A stretch of 64,000 nucleotides of DNA from the human T2T-CHM13v2.0 reference genome, Homo sapiens (GCF_009914755.1 NC_060926.1), one strand, 5' to 3'. Positions 47,401 to 63,694 are shown, counted from the stretch's first letter. Notes: a model not told the origin generated them from the letters alone. Made by a program: numbers and translations.

Positions 47401-47814
47401 AGAGGCAGAAATCTGCAGGTTGATGGTGAGGGGAGCCCCAAGATAACAAACAGATAGGCAGCAGGCCTAGTGGTCGGTCCAGGCTGGAGCAGGCAGCAGA
47501 GGGCTCCGGAAGGGCCCATTCTTAAAAAACAAAACCAGACAGACATGAGAAATAAAGGTGTGATAGTGTCTGGAACGCTTGACCACATAATGGTGAAGAC
47601 ATATTAGGCTCAAAGAAAACAAAGCAAATGAAAGAGAGGCCTGTGGTGAGGAATGGTGGGAAACAGGTTTGCAGAGGCAGGACGAACTGGATTGCGATGT
47701 TTGTGTACATGGAAAAGGACAGAAAGAGACAGATCCCCACTGGTTTTTGGTCTGAGTAACTGCAAGGGGGGTTTTGCCATCCATTTGGTTGAAGAGACTG
47801 TTGGTAATACAGAT

Positions 47815-48800
47815 TTCCGGGGGAACCTCAGGAGATGAGTTTTGACACTTTGTTCGAGGTGTCTATTAACGTCTATGTGGAGATCTTCATTTGGCAACTG
47901 AAATTGTAGTCTGGAGATCGGCAGTGAAGTCAGGGCTGGAGATATATTTTTTGGAATTGATATTTACATGTATGTGTGTGTTGTGTTGTGTGTGTGTATT
48001 ATTATAATATAATACAATATAATATAACATATAATATGTATATATAGAGAGACCAGCCTGGGCAACATACTAAGGCTCCGCCTCTACAATATTATTATTA
48101 TTATTATTATTTTAAAATAATTATATTAAAAATTTTATATATATAACAATACACACACAACACAGCACACACACACACACACACAAGACAACACACACAT
48201 ACCCACACATATATGATTTAAAGCCTCAAGAAGAGATATCAAGACAGTGAGTGAGTGTGGACAGAGAAGAGAAGAGAACCATGGAGCAAGCCCCTGAGGC
48301 TCTCTAGTGTGAAGAGGGAAGGGAGATGAAGGGAGCCATTAGTGCTAAGGTAGGAGGAATATGGTATCTTAGGAACCAAATGAAGCAAGTGTAGCCAGGA
48401 GGGAGTAATTAACTGTGTTGAATGCTGACAATAAGTCAAGAGAGATGAAGACTGAGAGTTGACCACTGGATGTAGCCATGTAGAGTCATTGGTGTCTTGA
48501 CAAGAGCAGTTTCAGTACACGGTGGAGATAAAACCCAACTGGGCTAAGTTTAAGAAGTGGGATTGGAGACAGCGTGAATAGACAACTCCTTCAAGGGGTT
48601 TTGCTATAAATGGGATTACAAAATTGGGCAGTAGATGGTGGAGATAGTGAGGTCAAATATTTTAAGATGAGAAAAGCAACAGCATGTTTGTTGGCCGATG
48701 GGAATTATCCAGCAGAGATAGAAAAATTGATGATGTAGGAGAGAAATGGTATTTGCTAGAGCAATGTCCTTGAGCAGATGAGAGAGGATAGGATTTTGTG
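47815..48800 (-). mobile_element. L2 LINE fragment
   Basis: antisense L2 motifs (gttcgaggtgtcta, agggctggagata, gttgaccactggat). Confidence 0.65.
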
Positions 48801-49671
48801 CATAAGCAGGGAGACTGGCATCTGATATGAGCATGACAGAAAGAAATCAAGGTCATCGGTTGGGAATGAAGATGGGTGAGGTGGCAGGGAGAGGAGGAAT
48901 GTGAAATCCTAGAAGAGTGCCAGAGTGACTGAACTAAGAAAATACAAATGACTTGCCAGTCAACATGAAAGGCCAATGTGAGGTTTGTGGTCATGAACTT
49001 TAAGCAAGGCCAGACAGTGTGGTTATATATTTTTTTCTCTGGTGAGGTTTAGCTGCACGAGTGCTGGCACAAAGTAGGTAGAGTATGTTTTTGCCATGAA
49101 AGTTTGACAAAGGCAGAAAGGGGCAAGGGAGTTGAGGGTGTATGCTAGTGAGTGATTGGCATGATTGACTGGAATTTAAGCCAAATATAGAGTGAAGTGA
49201 GGACATTATGGGGGTGAAGGACCATGAAAAGGTGAAACATTCAGTAGATTAGGGGTTCCAGTGGGATTGAAGGACTTTGGAGTTTAGAGTACCAGGACCA
49301 ATCTGAAAGACAGGGGTTATTGTCAGACGGAGGAAAGTGTAAAATCAGTTAGAATCCTAGTCACTCTTTTTAGTTCCATTCAAATACTGTCTTTTTCATA
49401 AAGCCCTCCTTGACACCCCCAGGATTTTGCTTCTCATTCTATCCAATTTCTAGAGGACTTTAATGTTACATTTGTGGCTGGTGGCACATTTTGCCATGCT
49501 TATGTATTTGTTTTATCTCTCCCCAACCCAACTAAAGTATAGGCTATTTCAAGGGAAGGGCTATAATTATTATTCTTCGTGTCTGTAGCATTCCTAGGGC
49601 AGACTCTTGAAGCTAGACTCAGTACAAAATTGAAGATGTAAATAAGGTGAGAAGCAAGAAAGATTTACAGT

Positions 49672-50030
49672 TGTTTCAGGTTGGATTCCCCAAGAAGCGC
49701 CCTCTGACATGGAGTTTAGTATTCAGGTCACTTATTAGGGAGTGGCCTTGGATCAACACAGGTATCAGGGAGGGGAAAGAAATGGTGTTGGACGGAGGAA
49801 GAAGTCGAGCTGCAGTGCAGGTTCAACAACGGCCTCAGCCAACCCCTGCGGAGCTCTGGAGATATGATGGCTCTTTAGAGAGCCCCCCGTACCCGTGTAG
49901 GTCAGCACTGGATGTGGGACACTCCCAGGAGGTGCAGCTGAGGCAATTCCTAAAGTGACTGACGGCTCTTCCAGCAGCTGAGGCAACACACCCTCCTGTA
50001 TGGGAAGTGGGTGGTGTATCACACGATTCA
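49672..50030 (-). mobile_element. ERVL LTR (LTR16-like)
   Basis: gtttcaggttggattccccaagaagc is the reverse of an LTR16-type 3' end. Confidence 0.5.
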
Positions 50031-50082
50031 TCACAGCACTTTCATTGTTTCAAAATTCTGTGAGGAGTAAGAAAAAATATAA

Positions 50083-50568
<486 letters not shown>

Positions 50569-50679
50569 TAAAGACCTAAAAATGCCACAGCATCCTTGGA
50601 GCACAGTGTTTATGATAGAACATTCCTTGGCAGGCATTGGGTTTTTGAGGAATCCCAGAGCTAAAAAGAATGATTCTGA

Positions 50680-50978
50680 GCTGGCTCTGTGGCTCATACC
50701 TGTAATCCCAGCATTTTGGGAGGTTGAGGTGGGAGGATCACTTGAGCCCAGGAGTTCGAGACCAGACTGGGCAACATAAGGGGACTTCGTCTCTACAACA
50801 AATAAAATAATTAGCTGGGTGTTGTGTATGCCTGTAATCTTAGCTACTCAAGAGGCTAAGGCAGGAGGATTGTTTGAGCCCAGGAGTTCGAGGCTGCCGT
50901 GAGCTATGATTGCTCCATTGCACTCCAGCCTGGGTGACAGAGGGAGACTCTGTTAAAAAAGAAAGAAAGAAAGAAAAA
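50680..50978 (+). mobile_element. AluJ
   Basis: diverged dimer. Confidence 0.9.
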
Positions 50979-52751
50979 TTGCTGGTTAGAAGCCATGTTT
51001 GACTGAGCTTAATTAAAATGATAAAATCATGTAAAAAATTGGATTACAGGAACTTCAGATTCAGTTGGGCCCAATGGGAGCACATTCCCCCAGTACTGTA
51101 TGGAGGTGGAGAGAGCAAACCCCTTCTTTCAGGCCTTTATAAGTCTGAAGAACATGGGGCTTTGGGAAATGGAATAAAAGAGGGGTGAGGGTGAAGAATT
51201 TCCTTGGTGGCTTCAAAGTATTACCGTGACTCCAGTGTGACTATGACAGTTTGATGTGTTGGTTTTGATGTGGCATTTTTGACATGGGGGTGGGGATATT
51301 TTGATGCTGCCTTAAAACCCTGCTATTATTACTAAGTAATGAGTGCAACACACAGCCTCATTTTCATCCCCATTCCTGGGCCCACACTCCATCCCTAATC
51401 CCTCCCCCGACCCCTGCATCTTCTCCTGACTCTGACTCTCTTCCCATATTTGATCTTCTTTCTGTCCCCACGTCTTCACTAACCCCAGCTTGGAACCTCA
51501 TGCTACCCTTGAGACTTCACTAGCCCCGGTGCCTTCATCCCTCCCTGACGCTCACCCCATCTGTGAACTGATAGCTTATTCCCAGCACCCCCGCTTATTC
51601 CTATCCATTGCCCTATCACTGACCTTCGCCCTATAAAAGTACAAATGGTCACATTCTGTGTCCTCTGTGACCCTAACACACCTCCTGTTGGCATTTGCTC
51701 TCCCTCCTGTTATCCATTGGCAGCTCCTAATGGGCCAGGGGAATGTGGTCAGCATATCATTCATTCACTTGTGCCCAAGTGCCCAAAAAGCATTCAGAAC
51801 ATATTCACAAGAGGAGACGCCTGGTTGATCAGCAGTAGAACAAAGTTATTTATTTATCAGTCCAAATATATGAAGCCACAGTGATTCATATATTTGGACT
51901 GATAAATAAATTTGTTGAATGAAGATCATTTTTTTCCAGAAACAAACCCTTAATAGATTAACCAACCTTGTGAATATGTTCCTATTTCAAAGAAGCCTAT
52001 TTTTTCCTATGATGAATATATTGAATTTTCATTCATGAATTTTTTCATACTATGTCTTTAGGATCACACACTCTGAAAATATTTATCTAATATGTGTTAG
52101 GATGTATGCTAAATATTTATCCACACATTATTTTACTTAGATAAATGAGGAGGTCTTAATCTAGTGAGTAGTCTTCAGAGAGTCCTCGTGATGAGATGAA
52201 AGAGAGCTATAACCAGAAGGAAACTTTAGAGATCAGCTAGTTTGAGCTTCTTATTTGATACACAAGGAAATGGAGATCCAGAGACACAATGTTATATAGC
52301 TCCTGTACAAGGAATTTTTCTTAGATACTACTTGATCAATAAATAGTTACTGTCCAAGTGCCTTCCTTTGAGAGTTTTATCATTACAGATTAAGGATAAA
52401 ATGGCTAAACAGAGTGGATTAGAAGATCAGATAGGCTTGGACTCCTTTCTGAAAATAAATGTATGCTTTTAATGTTCACAAAATATTCATCCAAATGTCT
52501 TCTTCCTAATTTATCCTTAGTGATATCCTTTTGGAGTTACATACACAAATAATCAATATTTTGCTATTTGTCCACATTACATAAGCAAGATTTAAAGAGT
52601 TCTCCAAAATAATTAGCATAAAATGTTAGTAAATCTTTGGTTCATTCATATAGCTTGCCATATTATTCTCAATTACTGAAATGCAGTTAATTTTGACTGA
52701 TTGTATTTCCCTGTTGATGAATATAAAACACGTTTTGGTGATGGTGATTAA

Positions 52752-52889
<138 letters not shown>

Positions 52890-52944
52890 TAATGAATAAA
52901 ACATCATTTCTTGCTACTGACAGATACTACATTTTTAACATTTA

Positions 52945-53295
<351 letters not shown>

Positions 53296-54460
53296 TTAAG
53301 TATATGATTTAAATGTGTAATATACTTTATTGGCTTTTTTTCTTGCTTAATTGATTAGTTTATTATTCTTTTCATCTTTGTAGTAAGCCCAGTTTATTTT
53401 CCTGCATGAAACTATATTTTGAAATGGAAACATAAAATACTACATTTCATGTTTGCACATCCTTAAAAATGGTTTGAAAATATTTGAAAATATTTTCCCA
53501 GAGTCCTGTTTGAAGCAGGTAGAATGCGTTTCGAGAGAAAAGTTTACTCAACAAAGCATGCTGGCTAATGATGAATATGATGTCCTTATAATGATACCAA
53601 AAGATATTCTTCAGTTTTTCTTTTCCATCTCTGTCTTTGCCATCTTCTATTTTCTACCTTATCCAGATATTATTTTCCTTTAAATCTAGTACAGTCTCTG
53701 CCAATTTTCCAAAGAAGCAAGAGATCAGGATAAAGAGAAAGCCAGATCCTTTGAGATTTAGAGTCAAATAAATGGGAGTTGACTAGGCCAGACCAGGTCA
53801 GGTCAGGCCAGCCCAAGAAACATACGTATCTATGGCTGAAGAGGGGAGCTTGGGGCTTGGAGAAAGAAAAGGAGAATAACTTTGTACTACCACCCTACCC
53901 AAAACAAAACAAAACAAAACAAAGCAAACTCTTGGCAGGCATCAGGGAAAGATGAAAATGAGATTGATCTTTATTGTAGAATCCAGGCCAGGGGGCTGCT
54001 TTGAAGGCAAGAATTTCATGCTAGAAATTCCTTACTAGCCACACAAACTTCTTGGAGCAAGATAGACTTGTATTACTTCTAACAGTGGGAAAAACACTGC
54101 CATCATAACTCACACTTTTGCCATGAGTAAAGAATTTGTCTAGAATCTTAGAGAAACTTCTGCTTGAACTTTAGGTGCATGTCATTGACAAATTTCATTT
54201 CCTAGTTTGAAAGAGTTACTCTAATGGTGTTATTAATATAAACTTCTTGGGCTTCTTCCTTGCAGCATATTTTCCTTACTTTGATGGTAGCCTTGAGAAA
54301 CTGAGTTTGGCTTTCTTTCAAGGATTTTGTGCACTTTTATTATGTCCTGTACCAGAATGAACTTATGCCAATAACTTGCACCTTCATTCAATTTTAACCC
54401 ATTGTGCCCCTCCTATTGGTATTTACATTTCAAACCATATCTCTAGTTGTATAAGAGAAA

Positions 54461-54546
54461 GCAGTGAGCTGAGGTGGCGCCACTGCACTCCAGCCTGGGC
54501 GACAGCGAGACTCCATCTCAAAAAAAAAAAAAAAAAAAAAGAAAAA
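54461..54546 (+). mobile_element. Severely 5'-truncated young Alu
   Basis: gcagtgagctgag...gcgacagcgagactccatctc plus long poly(A). Confidence 0.88.
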
Positions 54547-54784
54547 GTTGTGTCTCATGGTAAAGGAATTATAAGTATCAATAAACAGACAAGAATATTG
54601 TTTTTGGTGGTAGTTAGGGCTTTCTCAATGTTTCTAGAATCATATTACATATGATTGATTACTAGTTGGTTTAGTTTTACCTTAGCTAGTTCCTAGCTAT
54701 CCTAGGAAGTTTCATTTGGTTGTCTTATAATATTCATGTAATCTCTTGTCATCTTGTAACATACAATACATGACTTATGTAGGC

Positions 54785-54966
54785 CAGTGGTTCTCAAACT
54801 TTAAAGTGCATCAGAATCACCTGGAGGGCTTCTTCCACACAGATTGCTGGACTCCAGCCCCAGAATTTCTGTAAGTCTGAGATGGGACCAGATAATTTGC
54901 ATTTCTGACACGTTCCTAGGTGTTGCTGATGTTGCTGGTCAGACATCACACTTTGAGAACCACTGA
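54785..54966. mobile_element. MER5A hAT MITE
   Basis: cagtggttctcaaa ... tttgagaaccactg terminal inverted repeats. Confidence 0.88.
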
Positions 54967-55430
54967 TGTAGGTCACACTAGGTATCTCTTTCCCATAGAG
55001 TGGCCACTTGATATACTTCATCTCTACTCTGTTTGAGTATTCCCCTTTTAAGCCCCATATCTCATCTAAGGCATTCTTCATGCAGCATCTTGGACCTATA
55101 AGCATCTACACCTGCACCTGTGTTGTCCCCTTCCACCCACCTGTCCTCTGTTTTTTTCATTCTCTATCTCTTCACTGTTCTGTGGAGTTTCTACCTCTAA
55201 GGAGGTTCTCACCTGTAAGTTTAGAGCCACATTTGACTCTTCTCTCTTCCTGCTCCAAAGTGTACACATCCCTGTTCAACCCAGATGTTTATTGTCATGG
55301 GTGTGGCCATGCTTGCTGTTGCATAATCTTTTACAAATTATGGACACATGTGCTAAGATTTCAAACTCCTTAAATAAGGATACATTATGAGTCTTGATAA
55401 GATAAAAATAGTTGTTCATTTACTGTATAA

Positions 55431-55607
<177 letters not shown>

Positions 55608-55735
55608 TGATTTTGGAGTACAACGGTGGGATATGAGAAAGTACACAGATGATGATGAATTATCAGCTGTCTTTATGTGGTACAGAGCTCCCTCTGCTTG
55701 AAGAATGACCCTTTCTAGTTTACTCACTGGAGTAA

Positions 55736-55915
<180 letters not shown>

Positions 55916-56415
55916 TACTCTGATTTAGTTTAGGATAATTGGTTCTAGAATTGAATTCAAAAGTCAAGGCATCATTTAAAATAATCTGATTTCAGACAAA
56001 TGCTGTGTGGAAACATCTATCCTATAGATCATCCTATTCTTATGTGTCTTTGGTTATCAGATCAATTACAGAATAATTGTGTTGTGATATTGTGTCCTAA
56101 ATTGCTCATTAATTTTTATTTACAGATTGAAAAAGAGGGACCGTGTAAAGAAAATGGAAAATAAATATCTTTCAAAGACTCTTTTAGATAAACACGATGA
56201 GGCAAAATCAGGTTCATTCATTCAACGATAGTTTCTAAACAGTACTTAAATAGCGGTTGGAAAACGTAGCCTTCATTTTATGATTTTTTCATATGTGGAA
56301 ATCTATTACATGTAATACAAAACAAACATGTAGTTTGAAGGCGGTCAGATTTCTTTGAGAAATCTTTGTAGAGTTAATTTTATGGAAATTAAAATCAGAA
56401 TTAAATGCTATGTTG
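55916..56415 (+). terminator. QPCT: QPCT 3' UTR with poly(A) signals
   Basis: AATAAA 56160-56165; ATTAAA 56388-56393 and 56400-56405 followed by a GT/T-rich downstream element (tgttgtgatgtctttttt). Confidence 0.75.
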
Positions 56416-56613
56416 TGATGTCTTTTTTATATATAAAAATAGTGATATAATTTAATGCATAGTCCAATTTTTATAGGATTTTGCAAATTTAACGTTCTCA
56501 TTGTAAAAATAATAGTCAATAACAAACATTTTGGAAAATGGAGAAAAGAAGAAAACTATAATCCCATTATATTAACAGAATCACCATTAGTTCGCTTTTT
56601 AGTTTTTCCTCAC

Positions 56614-56927
56614 TTTTTCTTTTTTTTTTTGAGACAGGGTCTCACTCTGTTGCTCAGGCTGGAGTGCAGTGGCATGATCATGGCTCACTGCAGTCTTGAC
56701 CTCCTCGGCTCAAGCGATCCTCTCACCTCCACCCTACGAGTGATTGGGACTACAGGCATGCACTACCTAGCTAATTTTTTTGCCTGGCTAATTTTTTTGG
56801 TATTTTTGTATGGATGTGGTTTCTCCATTTTGCCCAAGCTGGTCTTGAACTCCTGGGCTCAAGCATTGTTCCTGTCTTGGCCTCCCAAAGTGCTGGGATT
56901 ATAGGCACGAGCCACTGCATCCAGCCT
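56614..56927 (-). mobile_element. AluJ
   Basis: antisense dimer downstream of the poly(A) site. Confidence 0.9.
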
Positions 56928-57727
56928 CCTCACATTTCTTAAATGCAGATTTTTCTTATAAAGGTATAATCAAACTGTATTACAATTTTTTGGCCTGTTT
57001 TTTCCTGTTAAACTATGTGATTACCAGGCATATATTTGCTGTTTTGGTTTTGGATTGAGGTGAGGACAGAAAAAGACTGCTGAATGTGAACTCTAGAGTC
57101 AACATTAAGGTAACACAGTAGTACTGCAGTAGTTGTGACAATTTTTGTGTAGATAGATTATATGGTATTCGTTCGGTTAGTTACTTAGAGCATTTTTTTC
57201 TGGAAATACATAGGCATTCATAAGTTGTCTTTAGCTATAGGAAACAATTATCTAGAAATACAAACTTGATCAATTAAATAATTAGGAAATCGTTCCTGGC
57301 ATACAGATGAAGTTAGTTGGGGCCACTGTCTTCTGTGTGTTCCCTGTTCGGACAAGACATTTAGTAAATACTCAGTGAATTAATGTGCCGAATGACAATG
57401 GAAGTCATTGGGAAAGTAATTTACTTGCTAAAACATAGTTTTCAGGTAAGAAAAGGATAAAAATAATTTCATCAATTTGACTATGTAAATTATATAGAAT
57501 ATAGCCAGAATTATATATGTATACTTAGGTATTTTCTATGCTATATATAACATTTATAGATAAATATATATTACATTTATATATACTTATATATAACATT
57601 ACCTGTCTATAATTTCATGTTGGTAAATTTTACAGAATTAGATTTTTCTAGGATTCTTTTTTATTTTCTAAATGTCCTTCCAAAGTCATGTAAATGAAAG
57701 TCGTGTGTTTGTGAATTAATGATATTA

Positions 57728-57945
57728 AGAGCTAACACTTAGACTGAGTGCTAACTCTGTGCCAGACAGAGTCACATATGCTTTATATGTTTTACTAACT
57801 TAATCCCCACAACAATTGTGTGAGGTAGGTGTTAGTAAGCTTACTTTATGATGCTCAGAGTAGTTAAGTGTATTTTCCAATATTACATAACTAGTAAGTG
57901 GTAATAGTGGGAGTTGTACCCAAGAAGTCTAGCTCTAAAGCTTAT
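57728..57945 (-). mobile_element. MIR SINE
   Basis: ttaatccccacaacaattgtgtgaggtagg core. Confidence 0.65.
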
Positions 57946-60900
57946 ACTTGGGAACCATTCTAGAATATTGCCCATTTACATGAAAAGAACTATACAGAAT
58001 ATTCCCGATGCCAAATGCAAAGCAATAGTTGTATCTTGAAATTTTTATAGGTCATTTCAAACTGGGGATGCATTCTTAGGTCATTGCTGCCACGATTCAC
58101 CTGACAACATAGGCTTCAGAGACACATAATTTCTATGCAGAATGATTACTCTGCCGTAGTGAAGGCTATTTTTGCGTAAGTGTGGGTATATACAAATCAA
58201 CACGAGTGGTTCCAGGCTAAAGTATCTAAGCCACAAAGCAGGATTAAAGGGAGCTGAGTTTTCTGGATTTTTTGGATGAGAGAAAACATATGGAAAGAGT
58301 TCAGGGAAAACACATATTTTTTAACATGAGAAAATAAATGGTCTAACAGACTGATGATATTAAAACAGAATGAAATGAAGTTTTAATGAGGAACCTAAAC
58401 ATTAGTCGACAGTACTGCATACATAATTATAAGCCTAAATGATAAGCTCCTTTGGAGGCAAAATGAAATTAATAAGAGATCTACTATAATCTGTTGAGTT
58501 CACATTAGTTGAATTATTTTTAGAGGAGGTTGGTGGATATGTTGAAATGGGATAAAAGAAAAAATAAAACCATAAGCAGCTTAATTCAGTGAAGGTTTTC
58601 TTCCTTTGAAAAGACATATCCTCAAATTCTACTCACTAAGAGTTTGCACTGATATAGGAAAAGCAGCCATGATGTCATAAACGGAGACATTTTAAGGCAT
58701 TAACCTGATATTAGTCTCTGAAATATGCTCTGTATAATTCATGTCAGTCAGAAATATTACTTTCTAAAAATTATAGCTGCAAAGGCAGTGCTCCATAAAC
58801 ATCAGGTTGCATTTGGAATTTTTCTATGTGCATTTTGGAGCATTTTACTGCCCCTAAGAGAACAATTTGTACGTTTTGTCTGTTATTGTCAATCCTGCAA
58901 TATGTAGGGCTATTTTTCTTCTTCAAGAGAAATGAGTTCAAAGGAAAATATTCATAAAAGAGTATTCATAACCTTGGCATCTAAAAAAATCATGAGCCTG
59001 TTATTGTAGCTCGAGGGTTGTGGCTGGAAGAGAAAAGACAGATCCTTCAAAAAGGAGAAATGTTTTAGATGGCAAAGCAGTTGTCATTAAGAACAAAGCA
59101 GCCCATGTTTTCAGCTCCAACTTCAAATCCTTAAGCAGTTTATTTCATGAAGCTTCTTTCTTCCATCAAAGAAATACATTCATTATGGTGCTACAGCAAA
59201 ATCATGTGAAAACTGAACGTTTCCTCAATCAACTTGGCCCAGCTGGAGGTGATTACTTTGTGTAAAGGAGGGACGATGGACACGATTCAAGACGCTTCCA
59301 TTTCTTTAACGTACAGGCAGCCCTGCAGGAGGCTTGGTCACAGTATATTCTGCGGAAAATCAAGGCTCAGTTTCTGTGCAAGACCTGAATCTGAGGAACG
59401 AATGTGGGAGGGGGGAATAGAAGAAATAAAGAGAAGATGAGGGAGACTATTCAGGGCAGCTGCAGTAATTTAAAGCAAAGCTAAAGTAGAAAATTTGGGG
59501 GAAATTATTTAAATTTGCTATTCATCTTAAGTCATGAGGCTGTGCTTTCAGAGCCAGCCTCCCGCTAACTTTTGGCTTCAAAGATGAATGAACAAAAGAT
59601 TGAGGTTTCACTCTCAGTTTCAGGGCCACTTTTTACGTAGCCTGAAATTCTAAAAGTAGTTTTGAAGTGGTTTAACTGCCTCACCTTACTTCCCTTTTGT
59701 CTATCGCCTCTGTGTCTTTTATGGTACATCTTTTCCATCCCTCAAGTAGTGAAATTACTGCTTTGTTGCAAGGGGCAGATAGCATTGTGTAAAGCTACTG
59801 CTGTGTTCCAAGGGGCTGAGGTGGAGAGAAAAGGTTGTTAGGTGGTTGAGCCAGTAGGGTGGCATAGGATACCCCTCAAATGCTCCTACACATGAACATT
59901 GGCCCCAGGCTCCTGGCAAGACATCCAGCAGCAATAATTTATGACAGTTTTATAGAGAGCTGGGATGAAAGGACTGTCTTGTGTCATGGCTGTATTCCTC
60001 AGCCGGAATTTGGTTGGCGTACGCACGCAATGTGAAGTCATCTTATTGTGCTCATATTTCAAAGGCAACACATGGAACAGTGCCCACTCTCCTGACATAT
60101 CTGAATTTGCCAGCGAAGAGTTTAGACCGTTTGTTTGAGCATTAACATTAAGAGCACAAAATTGCCAAGAAGGGAAAACAGCATGGCTTAAAGCAAACAA
60201 AACAAAACAAAACAAAAAACCCCTAAATTCACAAAGGTTACAAAGGTAATATGAAAATAGATTTAAAAACTCATAAATTATCAACAGCACTGGAAACTTT
60301 ATTCTCTTACACTTACTGAGCACTGTGTGGTACAGGAGGTCCTTGGCACTCATGGATTTAACATTTGTGGTTTTGGTTAACAAAGAATGACATGTAGTAA
60401 GTGACATGAGCTAAGAGTTTGGCGTGGAGAAGTAAACGAGCATAGCTGACTACGAGCCACCAGTTTCACTGTTGTTCTCTAGTCATCCTTGCAGTAACAC
60501 TTGGGAAGTGATAAACCCCATTTCTTTGTAAAAATGAAGCCCTCCTCCAAGCCAGCTGCTTTTTCTGGAGATGTTATTGAGAGGTCTAGAAAAATGCTGG
60601 CTACAGTGAGTAGCTTTATAAGTGATTTTAATCCTTTACAAATAGATAAATTAATGCTAGGAAAAGATAACTTTAAAACTTCAGTTTTAAAACTTTATTT
60701 AATGAGGAAAATTGTAAGCAACAATGGTATTCAAAAGCACTTAGGATATTTTCCTCGAGAATGTTAAAGCTCCATTTTAGGTTATGTTAGAATGATTCCG
60801 TATCAAGTAACTGATTGTGATCATCCTTTCATAGGTTTACCCATAGAGCTGTATATTAGCATCCTCATTTTACAAATAAGTGAACACAGAGTTTAAATTA

Positions 60901-61012
60901 TTCTCAGTTGATGCTAAGACTAGACTCTAGGGAACTTAATTTCTCATACATGACATGGCTGATTTCAGCTCGATTAGAGGGGACCTTAGAGATTTTCTAC
61001 TTCACTGGCTTA

Positions 61013-61052
61013 CTGGTTTTCAGCTACACCCAGGGGGCATTTGAAAATATGT

Positions 61053-61092
<40 letters not shown>

Positions 61093-61255
61093 CCTTTCTG
61101 TGCTTATGTAGTGGAATGGGTGGTGAATGTTTGTCATGAAGACTGAGGGGTGCTTCTGGAATTTAGTGGTTAGGGGCAAAAATGAATGTTCAGGACTGTT
61201 TGCACACTAGAGAATTGTCTCACCCCAAAAGCCAATGGTGCCTCCACAGCACTGA
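61013..61255. mobile_element. MER20-like hAT element containing (GT)n at 61054-61088
   Basis: cccagggggcatttg...ctggaatttagtgg...aattgtctcacccc. Confidence 0.55.
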
Positions 61256-61324
61256 GTAGTTTTCAACATTCTCATTTTAAAGGTTTAGCTATCAAGATCC
61301 AGAGAGGATGGATCACTTAAGATT

Positions 61325-61800
61325 CCATTGGTTTGCAAGTGACAGAAAATTCAAACTTACCTGAGCAAAAAACGAAATTTATTTCATGTCTCTGACTTCA
61401 GACACAGTTGACCCCAGAACCCTGTCTCTTGTCTATCTGCTCTGCCCTCCTCTGGGTAGGCATTAAACTTAGGGAAGTACTTCCTTCTGGGGCAAGATGG
61501 CTGTTAGTAGCCCCAGGTTCATACTCCCATCACTCCAGTTTCAGTGCAAGGTGAGTACCTGTCCTCTGAGCAACAGTTCCACAAAGTCCTTGGCCTGACT
61601 GCCATTGGCCCAAGTGGAGCTCTGGGACCTTTGCTGATTCAGTCTCTGGGCTGGTGGATGGAATGCACTGATTGACTTTGGCCTGTGGCTCACGCCCCTC
61701 CCTATAGCTGGGAGAAGTGTCAGCTTCACCAAACCACAGGAATGAAGGCAGGGAGGAGGCGGTTGTCCAAAGGAAGATCTAGAAAAAGAGTGCCGTACAA
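61325..61800 (-). mobile_element. MLT1 (MaLR) LTR
   Basis: ggtttgcaagtgacagaaaa and caagatggctg motifs. Confidence 0.55.
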
Positions 61801-61846
61801 GCAAGAGCAACAAACGTCCATTACAGTAGGTAAGCGAGTTGGGTGA

Positions 61847-62191
<345 letters not shown>

Positions 62192-62356
62192 TGCTTTTCT
62201 TTTATTTATATATTGTGTGGACATTATAATGTGCTGTTAGAATGGAGATATACTTGGTCCTTCATCGCAGTTCATAAACTACAGGGTAAAGGTTTTGGAA
62301 GAAGAGCATAGGAGTTATAAGGTAGACTATGCTTCCTGCTTAAAAATATGAATTAG

Positions 62357-62686
<330 letters not shown>

Positions 62687-63366
62687 TTATGCTTCATTTC
62701 CTTGCAGTTGGATTCTGGTGTTGGAAATGGGAGTTTGTCAAAGGAAAACAAAGTTGCTTCACATAAGCTCAGGTTTTCTTCAGGATCATTGTATTTCTCC
62801 AGACCTATAAACAAGTGATAGAGCTTAGAAAGTTTCATCCAAGGAAGGAAGAGCACCGCTGGATATTTAAACTTGTTAACATTTCACCTTGATAGAAGGC
62901 AGGGGGATTACAGTCTGTAGGAAACCAAGAAAAATATAGGTTACTTAGGAATTGACCAGGACAAGTAAGCTTCTCTGCTACCAGAGGCTGGCAGTCATGG
63001 ACAAGACCTTGTCCAGACATGGCCTGGGGCCAGGCCGACCTTGAAGCGGATGAAGATGAGGTTGGCAGAAGGAAGGAAGGGTTTGTTGACTCACTGTGAA
63101 TGTTTCAGTCCAGCAGTTCTCTTCAAAGTCAGAGTTCAAGGCAGCACTTTGATCAAATATAAGCTTCTTACACCACTCCTCAGAGGCCGATAAATGTTAT
63201 CAGGCCAATGTGTGAGGACCAGCCATGTCATTGGTCCTCATCAAGGTCATTATCAGACCACACCGTGGGGTGGAGTCTGAACTGAGATGGTTGTTCAGCG
63301 GCTGGGACCAAGAGAGTAGAATCCAAGCACTTTGAGGTTAAAACAGGCCTTATAAACCATCTACTC

Positions 63367-63686
<320 letters not shown>

Positions 63687-63694
63687 TAAATATA

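Noticed and set aside
59886-60407. 173-aa minus-strand ORF, with an isolated XRE-like CACGCAA near 60025
   Set aside because: Low-complexity, unrecognisable protein; a single short motif is expected by chance
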